Below are positions 1 to 7,181 of a DNA stretch of 37,425 bases, piece after piece. A model generated the notes under the pieces. It had not been told where the DNA came from. It saw only the letters and a list, made by a program, of their open reading frames with translations, and made no database searches. This stretch comes from a virus (taxonomy: Duplodnaviria > Heunggongvirae > Uroviricota > Caudoviricetes): IMG/VR virus record IMGVR_UViG_2565956616_000008; one strand, 5' to 3'. The translations under genes and the position numbers were made by a program. The stretch's first letter is position 1, and every line of letters starts with the position of its first letter.

Positions 1-993
1 CTAATCGATGGACAGTTTATGGACACTTTCAGCCAGCGGATTAAAGTTGATCGCGTCCTGTAAGAAGTCCGGCGAAAAATGAGCGTACGTCATTGTTTGC
101 TGAATCGTTGCGTGCCCCAGGATTCGTTGCAACGTAACAATATTTCCGCCATTCATCATAAAGTGTGTGGCAAATGTATGACGCATGACATGCGTAGCCT
201 GCCCCTTCGGCAAATCCGGTTTCACCTCCTGAAGAATCTCCCGGAACTTCAGATAATCAACCTGATACAATAACCCCGTTCGACGGGTTTTAATCAGAGG
301 CACGACCGAATCCGCCACAGGAACCGAACGGGATTTTCCGTTTTTGGTGTTAAAGAACGTCACCCGGTTGCCAACGATATGCTCTCCACGTAGTTCCGAT
401 GCTTCACTCCATCGGGCACCAGTAGAAAGACACAGAATGGCAACACGACGCGCATCACCCTCCAGTCGCTCAAGAAGCCGTTCAATCTCATCATCAGAAA
501 GAAAGGCCATCTCTGTGTTCTGAACTTTCAGTTTTCGTATACCGCGTACAGGGTTCGCGTTGTGAAAGACCTCAGCTTCAATCAGCACCGTGAACATGGT
601 AGACAGTACGCATAAGTCACGATTAATACTGGACGGCATTAATCCGGCCTGTAATTTCTCTGACCGATATTCAAGCATAAATTTTCGCGTCATCTGACTG
701 GCGCGAGGATCTCCCATTTCACGAACAACCTTCCCTAGCCTAACCCTGTAGCTATCCCCGTAAGCCTGATTACGCCCATCAAGCATCCACCACGCATCAA
801 GCAGCTCTGATAATCGCCGCTGATCAGCTGGCTTAGCCTGCCATGGCTTGTCATGAAAGTTCTGTAACACATACTTCTCAAACTCCTGAGCCTTTGATTT
901 CAGGGCAAAGATTTTTCGAATCCGCTTTCCTTCCGCCCCCTGCGGTCTGACATCGACCTGATAACGTCCGTCTTTGAGTTGCTTAATCGACAT
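1..993 (-). CDS. int: P2-type tyrosine integrase
   Basis: ORF 1..1008 minus; N-terminus (MSIKQLKDGRYQVDVRP...) and C-terminal region (HxxRHTFATHF...LGH...Y) match P2 Int as recalled; ATG at 993 preceded by GGAGGGG; track start at 1008 is a TTG. Stop codon is the first three bases of the window. Confidence 0.9.
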   Translation of the reverse strand: MSIKQLKDGRYQVDVRPQGAEGKRIRKIFALKSKAQEFEKYVLQNFHDKPWQAKPADQRRLSELLDAWWMLDGRNQAYGDSYRVRLGKVVREMGDPRASQMTRKFMLEYRSEKLQAGLMPSSINRDLCVLSTMFTVLIEAEVFHNANPVRGIRKLKVQNTEMAFLSDDEIERLLERLEGDARRVAILCLSTGARWSEASELRGEHIVGNRVTFFNTKNGKSRSVPVADSVVPLIKTRRTGLLYQVDYLKFREILQEVKPDLPKGQATHVMRHTFATHFMMNGGNIVTLQRILGHATIQQTMTYAHFSPDFLQDAINFNPLAESVHKLSID

Positions 994-1062
994 GATTAGC
1001 CCCTCCAACGGATAAATTAACTAAACACTCCTTGCGATATGTAATTCGCTCAATGTGTAGAG

Positions 1063-1404
1063 TCAGCCAACATTGCGGCCTGATCGGGGTGATTTTTGGG
1101 TAATACCGATTGAAACCTGATCGCCCTCCGACTGAATAGAGCCATCAAGAGAGAGAGCCGGGGCAACCTGCCCGGCAGCGGGAAATGTTTTGTCGTGAAG
1201 TATCCACATAGTGTATTTTTCGAATCGCTCGACTTGGATTACTTTTTCTACAACCTCAATTCGCGCAGGTTTATATCCAGACTCATAATTCCCTATAGTC
1301 CCTACAGAAACCCCCGTTACTTGCGAAAACTGAGATTGTGTAAGTTTTTCTGCATTTCTGATCGCCTTTAGTTTTTTGGCGTAATCTCTTGACATGTTCA
1401 CCAT
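1063..1404 (-). CDS. C: P2 C-type immunity repressor (HTH)
   Basis: 113 aa; YESG, KYTMW and GQVAPAL motifs resemble P2 repressor C as recalled; position next to int, divergent from early operon; AGAGGA upstream of the ATG at 1404. Confidence 0.8.
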   Translation of the reverse strand: MVNMSRDYAKKLKAIRNAEKLTQSQFSQVTGVSVGTIGNYESGYKPARIEVVEKVIQVERFEKYTMWILHDKTFPAAGQVAPALSLDGSIQSEGDQVSIGITQKSPRSGRNVG

Positions 1405-1428
1405 ACGATGAGTATCCTCTTTTCATTC

Positions 1429-1444
1429 TTCACCACATGGTGAA
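1429..1444. promoter_or_regulatory. Candidate operator: inverted repeat TTCACCA-CA-TGGTGAA, with a further TTCACCA half-site at 1397..1403
   Basis: 7-bp inverted arms around a 2-bp centre, in the divergent region between the repressor and the early operon; the extra half-site overlaps the repressor start codon. Confidence 0.4.
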
Positions 1445-1507
1445 GAAAACAAACCAAAACAAACCATCACAAAGCGCAACAAGCGCACCAACGCAAGAGG
1501 ATAACAA

Positions 1508-2029
1508 ATGCGGGACTTCATTGCCGATAAAGAGTTATCTGACCACCAACCACTTCAGGAAAGTGACACACTCAGCGGATCCATTGATGCCGCCAACGAC
1601 GACGAACACGAAGAAAACAAGAAAAAGCGTTCCTACAAAAAAGGAGCGACTTTACGGCTGGATGGTCCGATCGCCGGGCTTTGCTCTCTGGAAAAAGGCG
1701 CGGCATATATTGGGCTAACAAAATCTGCACTGCGCGTAGCCATTCATCGCGGTCAAATGCCGGGACACAAGACGCGCACAAACCCGGAAGATGAAAACTC
1801 AGACGGAGTATGGTGGTTTAACGCCAAAGAGTGGGACAAGTTGGCTGATGAGCTACCAGAGCACGAGCCCCCAGAATGGCACAACTGGAAAAGTTACTGG
1901 ACGTATGACCGCCAGAAAAGGAAGTTCTCTCCAGCTAATAAAGAAGACTGCCAGACCATTAACGGTAAGCGAGTTTATACAGGCAGAAGCTCAAAACTGA
2001 ACCAACTCAGAAACAACAGAGGCAACTAA
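1508..2029 (+). CDS. Cox/excisionase-like DNA-binding protein with N- and C-terminal extensions
   Basis: 173 aa; central segment AAYIGLTKSALRVAIHRGQMPG...VWWFNAKEW resembles the P2 Cox / AlpA-type HTH; first gene of the early operon; AAGAGG 7 nt before ATG. Confidence 0.6.
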   Translation: MRDFIADKELSDHQPLQESDTLSGSIDAANDDEHEENKKKRSYKKGATLRLDGPIAGLCSLEKGAAYIGLTKSALRVAIHRGQMPGHKTRTNPEDENSDGVWWFNAKEWDKLADELPEHEPPEWHNWKSYWTYDRQKRKFSPANKEDCQTINGKRVYTGRSSKLNQLRNNRGN

Positions 2030-2033
2030 TCGT

Positions 2034-2456
2034 ATGAAAACAAACACGTCAGATTTCACAATAACTATTTCAAAAAATGACCAAGCATTAATTGATAACC
2101 TGAAATACCTTGCGGAAAAACATAATAACGGACGAATTGCAATTAATTTACGACACATCACAGGAGTAACAATTGTAACCAGTTACTGGCATCTATATCT
2201 AATCGCTAAATCAGTACTGGAAAACAAAGATTCTGTTGTCAATGGAAGAGATATAGATACTCTTCCTGCACAAATCAAACCGATAGCCTATCAATTGCGT
2301 AATCGTTTTAAAAATGAAGGTGGGATTATATTTGACTTTCCCGCAGCTGTAGCCGTGAGCTTCTCTCGGGAGGATATACTTCACTCATTTCGTTTTGCTC
2401 TATCAGGTGACGAGACATTATGGCAGCTAGAAGATGCCGGGAGCAGCCCGGCATAA
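2034..2456 (+). CDS. hypothetical protein (AT-rich cargo-like gene)
   Basis: 140-aa ORF in a locally AT-rich segment; no recognisable motif. Confidence 0.5.
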   Translation: MKTNTSDFTITISKNDQALIDNLKYLAEKHNNGRIAINLRHITGVTIVTSYWHLYLIAKSVLENKDSVVNGRDIDTLPAQIKPIAYQLRNRFKNEGGIIFDFPAAVAVSFSREDILHSFRFALSGDETLWQLEDAGSSPA

Positions 2457-2462
2457 ATCAAA

Positions 2463-2654
2463 TTAAAAATCAACCAGTTGTGTGACAGGTGGGTATTTAC
2501 GCTGAATTTTGTCAGTTACTAACGCCAGTAATATATGAATCTCTGCGTTTAATGCGTCTTTATCACCCGTCGTTTTTACCCTAGGAGGGTTAATGTTATC
2601 CAGAGCAGCACTAAGGTCACTCAACAAATTAACAACTTTTTTATCTTCTGACAT
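2463..2654 (-). CDS. hypothetical small protein, convergent with the preceding gene
   Basis: 63-aa ORF on the minus strand in the same AT-rich segment. Confidence 0.35.
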   Translation of the reverse strand: MSEDKKVVNLLSDLSAALDNINPPRVKTTGDKDALNAEIHILLALVTDKIQRKYPPVTQLVDF

Positions 2655-2789
2655 GAAAACCTCTAAACAATTTAATTAAACATAAGCCAGGACCTGAACC
2701 GGCCAGTCCAAGTCCTAGACACACAAAAAATACCACAAATCAATACAAGGTGACACGAGTACACCTTACCGAAGGTACAGAGTTTTAAT

Positions 2790-3140
2790 ATGAAACTACA
2801 GCGCAATTCTTCACAGCCGCGCTTCCGCAACGGTGCGGAACGCCACGCTAACCGTTTCGCTACCAGTGCATCACGTAGCAACTCTCGCTACAGCCTGAGC
2901 GAAACACACGCAACGCCGGATGGCTACCCAGTAAAACAAATCGGCGAGCATACCTGGCTGATTGAGAAAGCTGGAATTGTGGTCCACAAATGCCCACGCA
3001 ATCCGTTTACCGGAAACCGCATTTTTGCATTGAGCTGTGGCGACAATCAGTTTGGGCAGGATTTCACATTATACGAAGCACTTCGCACGGTTGATCGTCT
3101 GCTTCGCGGGCAAAGTTTTATTAAACAGGCTGATTTATAA
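2790..3140 (+). CDS. hypothetical early-region protein
   Basis: 116-aa ORF in the plus-strand early operon. Confidence 0.55.
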   Translation: MKLQRNSSQPRFRNGAERHANRFATSASRSNSRYSLSETHATPDGYPVKQIGEHTWLIEKAGIVVHKCPRNPFTGNRIFALSCGDNQFGQDFTLYEALRTVDRLLRGQSFIKQADL

Positions 3141-3150
3141 CGGGTGCTTT

Positions 3151-3438
3151 ATGACCAAAGACCATGCACAAGGTGTATTTATCCGTTTTATTGATTTTCG
3201 CGGTGAACTGTTATTACGTGCATCCGCTATTGACGGAGTGACTCCGGCGGGTAAAAACGGAGCCGACGAAGCCACTTACGTTTATCTGAACGGCACGCGA
3301 CTGCTTGTGGAACTTCCGTACCAGACCGTACGAGAAATCATTAGCGAAGCTGAAAAGGCACGCCAAGTTAATGGCGATGAACCCTATATCGAAATTATTT
3401 GTATGGATTCAGAAGCTGAAATACAGAAAGCAGATTAA
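3151..3438 (+). CDS. hypothetical early-region protein
   Basis: Track ORF 3037..3438 overlaps the previous gene; first ATG after its stop is at 3151, in the same frame. Confidence 0.5.
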   Translation: MTKDHAQGVFIRFIDFRGELLLRASAIDGVTPAGKNGADEATYVYLNGTRLLVELPYQTVREIISEAEKARQVNGDEPYIEIICMDSEAEIQKAD

Positions 3439-3449
3439 AGGGCGTTGTG

Positions 3450-3692
3450 ATGGGCAAAGAATATAAAACTCTCATTAACAAAGCACTTGAGCGTTTTTAT
3501 TTTCGCTTAAGTGCATCAGGCGCTCATGCTGAACGTGCAGCCCGTGACTCATTGACCAGGGCAATCCGGAGTTTGTATGACGTCGCTTTTTACGCTGATG
3601 ATCTGGATGCACTTAACGAACTTTCCGAGCTGATCTGTGCCGCAGAATGCGGGGAACATATTGAACCGTATAAGCTGGGGAATATCGCATGA
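3450..3692 (+). CDS. hypothetical early-region protein
   Basis: ORF 3447..3692 (GTG at 3447, ATG at 3450); AAGGG upstream. Confidence 0.5.
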   Translation: MGKEYKTLINKALERFYFRLSASGAHAERAARDSLTRAIRSLYDVAFYADDLDALNELSELICAAECGEHIEPYKLGNIA

Positions 3693-3802
3693 GTATATTT
3701 ATCTCATGGCTTGTTCTGATTATTTCGGTGGCCTGCGCCATTGGAATTATGCGAATTATTCATTCAGTAAAAAAGATTGAACGTTTTTTCACTGGTGAAT
3801 AA
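3689..3802 (+). CDS. possible small hydrophobic peptide (37 aa)
   Basis: ATGA overlap with the previous stop; translation MSIFISWLVLIISVACAIGIMRIIHSVKKIERFFTGE has one predicted transmembrane helix; below the ORF-track size cut-off. Confidence 0.3.
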   Translation: MSIFISWLVLIISVACAIGIMRIIHSVKKIERFFTGE

Positions 3803-3895
3803 CGATACAAATAAAACATCAAATTAAATAAGAAAACGTGAAAACCATCCGTATTAACGGAGGTATTCGCACACGCAAATAACGGAGATACAAAA

Positions 3896-4306
3896 ATGCA
3901 CGCAAAAGAAGAAGGTATCATCAGAGCACTGAAAGAAATTTCAAAGACAGAAAACGAAGTAGCGAAAAAAGCCATAGCAAATAATCATATGGACGTCGCA
4001 ACCCACACACTGATAGTCGCAAGAGTCACGGCAGAAGCAGCCGAAATTATCGCAAAACAGGATGCTGAACTGGCGGTTCTCAGAACACAACCAGTCACCG
4101 GACTGGATTTGTCTAACACCGGACGCCTTATTTACACAATTGGCTCGGAGCTACAGCGATACACCATTATCGCCGGGTTACAGGATAAATACCTGATCAC
4201 TCCTCACCCCATAAGGGAATCAGAAATTCTGACAAATCTCCGCCTGATAGAGCGCTCTCAAGTCGCATTCATTGATGACGCACAGTGCACCGTATTTAAC
4301 GCATAG
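3896..4306 (+). CDS. hypothetical early-region protein
   Basis: 136-aa ORF; GGAG 9 nt upstream of ATG. Confidence 0.55.
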   Translation: MHAKEEGIIRALKEISKTENEVAKKAIANNHMDVATHTLIVARVTAEAAEIIAKQDAELAVLRTQPVTGLDLSNTGRLIYTIGSELQRYTIIAGLQDKYLITPHPIRESEILTNLRLIERSQVAFIDDAQCTVFNA

Positions 4307-4329
4307 AGTTACTGGACAAAGGGGGCGCA

Positions 4330-4533
4330 ATGGCAATTAAGCATTTTCCCGTCGTTCGCTTTACCTCCAGAGGGCGCGAATACGAGGTCGACGAACGCCT
4401 GATTACCACTATCGACAAACATCGTTCGGAAAAGGATGCACACCACATCTACCTCACTGACGGCACTTACTTCTGCGCCACTAATGTGGCGCGGGTAAAC
4501 CTTATCCGACAGGTACAGGAGCCACGCAGATGA
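4330..4533 (+). CDS. hypothetical protein
   Basis: 67-aa ORF; AAAGGGGG upstream; stop overlaps next start. Confidence 0.5.
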   Translation: MAIKHFPVVRFTSRGREYEVDERLITTIDKHRSEKDAHHIYLTDGTYFCATNVARVNLIRQVQEPRR

Positions 4534-4796
4534 CCATTCTGGACTACATCGCTACTCATCCGGGGTGTAGCGGCGGAGAGATCGCCGCAGCACTGAATAC
4601 TCCAACCACAGCCATTAATGCTGAGTTACGCCAACTTTGGCGCGGCGGCTTAGTCATCAGAACAAACCGCAGCACAGGTGGTCGCGCTCGCAAAACTGGA
4701 GGCCAGGCTTCTTACCACGTAAACCCGATGCCGTTCGGGTGTAGCAATCCACTTACTCACATGTTTAACCAGCTACTGAAGGAAGCCAGAACATGA
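4530..4796 (+). CDS. hypothetical protein, possible winged-helix DNA-binding fold
   Basis: 88-aa ORF, translationally coupled (ATGA overlaps at both ends). Confidence 0.5.
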   Translation: MTILDYIATHPGCSGGEIAAALNTPTTAINAELRQLWRGGLVIRTNRSTGGRARKTGGQASYHVNPMPFGCSNPLTHMFNQLLKEART

Positions 4797-5092
4797 GCAC
4801 CATCAACCACCAGAAGCTACGCGAACTGGCATTTGCCCTGCAACGAATGGCAACACCTCAAAAATTACTGGCATTTCGCGCAATGCTCTCGCCGTCTGCT
4901 GTGCTGGCACTGCTGGATGAGCTGGAGCACGCCAGAACCATGGCTCCAGCCATTCGCCTGACGCTCCATCATGAAATCGCTGATTTCTGCGCACCACTGG
5001 GTTCGCCTGGTGAACCAGAAACGCCGGAAACAATGCAACGAGAGCTACTGCAACGCATCGACAAGGTTTTTGATTTTTTCCTTAACCAGTAA
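4793..5092 (+). CDS. hypothetical protein
   Basis: 99-aa ORF, coupled to the upstream gene. Confidence 0.5.
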   Translation: MSTINHQKLRELAFALQRMATPQKLLAFRAMLSPSAVLALLDELEHARTMAPAIRLTLHHEIADFCAPLGSPGEPETPETMQRELLQRIDKVFDFFLNQ

Positions 5093-5103
5093 AGGACCGC
5101 GAT

Positions 5104-5316
5104 ATGAACAAAAAGACCTGGTTTCGCGCATACATGTGGGCGCTGGTATGCGTCCTCGTTTCTCTCATTCTGTATGTGGGGCTACTTCCCAGAATGATTT
5201 CATCAGACAGCTCCTTCCTGGTATTGCTGGGCATTTTTGTCGCCTTGCTGTACCCGGCGGGCGTTGTTCGCTTTTTCAGTAACTACATCAAAGCAATTAT
5301 GGAAACCAAACAATGA
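5104..5316 (+). CDS. small inner-membrane protein (two predicted TM helices)
   Basis: 70 aa, two hydrophobic stretches; stop overlaps the start of the SPFH gene. Confidence 0.55.
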   Translation: MNKKTWFRAYMWALVCVLVSLILYVGLLPRMISSDSSFLVLLGIFVALLYPAGVVRFFSNYIKAIMETKQ

Positions 5317-6137
5317 AAAAACTATTACCACTCATCCCTCTCCTGATGACCACACTTCTGGTTGGCTGTGACCGCGTGGAGCCGGGCAATGTAGGCATCA
5401 AAGTCAACAAACTGGGCGACGATAAAGGCGTCGGTGAAGTAGTTGGCGTTGGCCGCTACTGGACAGGCTGGAATACAGAGGTTTACATCTTCCCGACTTT
5501 CAAACAAATGAAGACTTACGATGAGCCGTTCAACTTCCAGATGAGTGACGGCACAACCATCGGCTATCACATCGGCGTGGCCTACAAAGTTGATCCATCC
5601 AAAGTTACCACTGTGTTTCAGACCTACCGCAAAGGCGTGGATGACATTACCGACACTGACCTGCGCCAGAAGATCGCCGATGCACTCAACCGACTGGCCA
5701 GCAAAATGACCACCGATAAGTTTATCGACGGTGGCAAGTCTGAACTGCTGGATTCAGCACTTAAAGACATTCAGTCAGAAATGACACCTATCGGCATTCA
5801 GGTCATGAGCCTCTCTTATGTCGGTAAACCGGAATATCCGCCAACCGTTATCGACAGCATTAACGCCAAAGTCACGGCAAACCAGAAAACCCTGCAACGC
5901 GAACAGGAAGTCAAGCAACGCGAAGCAGAAGCCAACATGTTGCGCGCAGAAGCTGCCGGACAGGCTGATGCCATTCGCACAAAAGCCCAGGCTGAAGCCG
6001 ACGCCATTCGTTTACGCGGTGAAGCTCTGCGCCAGAATCCCGGCGTTATGGAGCTGGAAGCAATCAACAAATGGAACGGCACGCTGCCGCAATACATGAC
6101 CAGCAACACCGCTGTTCCGTTTGTTCCGGTGAAGTAA
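5313..6137 (+). CDS. SPFH/band-7 (HflK/C, stomatin-like) domain lipoprotein
   Basis: 274 aa; signal peptide with lipobox LLVGC; SPFH-like core followed by an Ala/Glu/Arg-rich coiled-coil tail, the usual SPFH architecture. Confidence 0.75.
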   Translation: MKKLLPLIPLLMTTLLVGCDRVEPGNVGIKVNKLGDDKGVGEVVGVGRYWTGWNTEVYIFPTFKQMKTYDEPFNFQMSDGTTIGYHIGVAYKVDPSKVTTVFQTYRKGVDDITDTDLRQKIADALNRLASKMTTDKFIDGGKSELLDSALKDIQSEMTPIGIQVMSLSYVGKPEYPPTVIDSINAKVTANQKTLQREQEVKQREAEANMLRAEAAGQADAIRTKAQAEADAIRLRGEALRQNPGVMELEAINKWNGTLPQYMTSNTAVPFVPVK

Positions 6138-6142
6138 TTAAA

Positions 6143-6190
6143 CCCGGCCAGTGAAAATCGCTGGCCGGAGCAGTATCAGGATTTTTTTTA
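6143..6190 (+). terminator. putative terminator after the SPFH gene
   Basis: Stem CCGGCCAG/CTGGCCGG followed after a spacer by a run of 8 T. Confidence 0.5.
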
Positions 6191-6306
6191 GTATGCCGTT
6201 CTCACAAAAAAACCGCTTGCCATGCCGCAATCAGTCAGGTTACATTTCCGCTGCACCTCATAAAACGGGTGCCGGGTTTCGCAGCCTGCTGACAACCAAA
6301 GCGCAC

Positions 6307-6327
6307 AACCGCGCCAGCGGTTTTTTT
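6307..6327 (+). terminator. rho-independent terminator-like hairpin
   Basis: AACCGC-gcca-GCGGTT stem-loop followed by a 7-T run. Confidence 0.55.
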
Positions 6328-6368
6328 GTGCGTACTGTATTGCCACGTCTTTTTCGCACACGAATTAT

Positions 6369-6444
6369 GGCGGGGCGTACGGGGCCGACTTCGGTCGGGC
6401 CGGGTTCTTTGGTTGCCGGTACTGCGAACCCCGTACGTCTCGCC
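6369..6444 (+). promoter_or_regulatory. Long-stem structured element in the leader of the gene at 6507
   Basis: 6369..6384 pairs with 6429..6444 as a 16-bp stem with two G-T (G-U in RNA) pairs; inside, GCCGAC-TTCG-GTCGG(G)C hairpin with a UUCG tetraloop; possible sigma70-like promoter TTGCCA-17-AATTAT at 6340..6368. Confidence 0.45.
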
Positions 6445-6506
6445 ACCCACAGTTTCGCAGCTCTGGATAGTGAGTTTTCAAAACTTACAACCAAAGAGGC
6501 CACACC

Positions 6507-6737
6507 ATGGCAAACCGCAAACAGCACCGCGCTATCGCGGAGCGTCGTCACATCCAGACTGAAATCAACCGCAGACTTTTCCGCGCATTCCGCGTCGCGC
6601 ATATCATGCACATCAATATGCTGCATGAACGCAGTCACGCACTATCGAACAGCTATTCCGCCTCTGTTTTCAGCTATCTGGCAGATGATCTGCGCGAGCT
6701 TCAAAAGCTCATCCAGCAGCAAAACAAACTCCATTAA
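6507..6737 (+). CDS. small arginine-rich protein
   Basis: 76 aa; AAAGAGG 7 nt upstream; N-terminus ANRKQHRAIAERRHIQTEINRR is arginine-rich. Confidence 0.55.
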   Translation: MANRKQHRAIAERRHIQTEINRRLFRAFRVAHIMHINMLHERSHALSNSYSASVFSYLADDLRELQKLIQQQNKLH

Positions 6738-6809
6738 TTCCTGTTCCGGGCCTTTCCTGCACCTTGCGGCGGGAGGCCTTCGCACATCTGTAACAAGAGG
6801 ATTGCCGCA

Positions 6810-7175
6810 ATGATTCTCGCCAACGACTTTCTTGAATATCTGCTCAACACAGAACGTGATCTTGCCGCTCGCGTGCGTGATCGTTATGACATGTACCTGA
6901 AATCCCTGCCTGTACCGCAGCTCGCTGACGGAAAGATTGTTATTGATGGTCGCTACATGATTGACAGCCACGAGGGAAATTACAGGCTTTACCGCATTGA
7001 AGGTGGCACCCCGTCCGTTATTGGCATTTACCAGCGCCCATCCTCTGCAATCGTCGATGTGATTGCCGACAGCATCCGCATCACACATCGCCATGCCGAC
7101 ACAGAAGACACCGTGCTGGAAATTCAGCGGCTGGCTGCCGTTTGCCGTGACACCCTCAACGGTATGACGAAGTAA
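6810..7175 (+). CDS. hypothetical protein upstream of replication gene A
   Basis: 121-aa ORF; AAGAGGA upstream. Confidence 0.6.
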   Translation: MILANDFLEYLLNTERDLAARVRDRYDMYLKSLPVPQLADGKIVIDGRYMIDSHEGNYRLYRIEGGTPSVIGIYQRPSSAIVDVIADSIRITHRHADTEDTVLEIQRLAAVCRDTLNGMTK

Positions 7176-7181
7176 ATCAGT

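Noticed and set aside
1-1008. Integrase start at 1008
   Set aside because: That codon is a TTG with no RBS; the ATG at 993 is preceded by GGAGGGG and gives an N-terminus matching P2 Int as recalled.
6369-6444. tRNA-like interpretation of the long-stem element
   Set aside because: No cloverleaf with canonical D/anticodon/T arms, no T-loop consensus, and the 3' side reads ACCCA rather than a discriminator plus CCA; kept as a generic structured element.
6140-6506. Retron or type III toxin-antitoxin RNA
   Set aside because: No reverse transcriptase or ToxN-like gene downstream and no short tandem RNA repeats; only hairpins are present.
6151-6813. 220-aa ORF spanning the hairpin-rich non-coding region
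   Set aside because: Runs through two terminator-like hairpins and the long-stem element, has no RBS, and overlaps the better-supported gene at 6507 in another frame.
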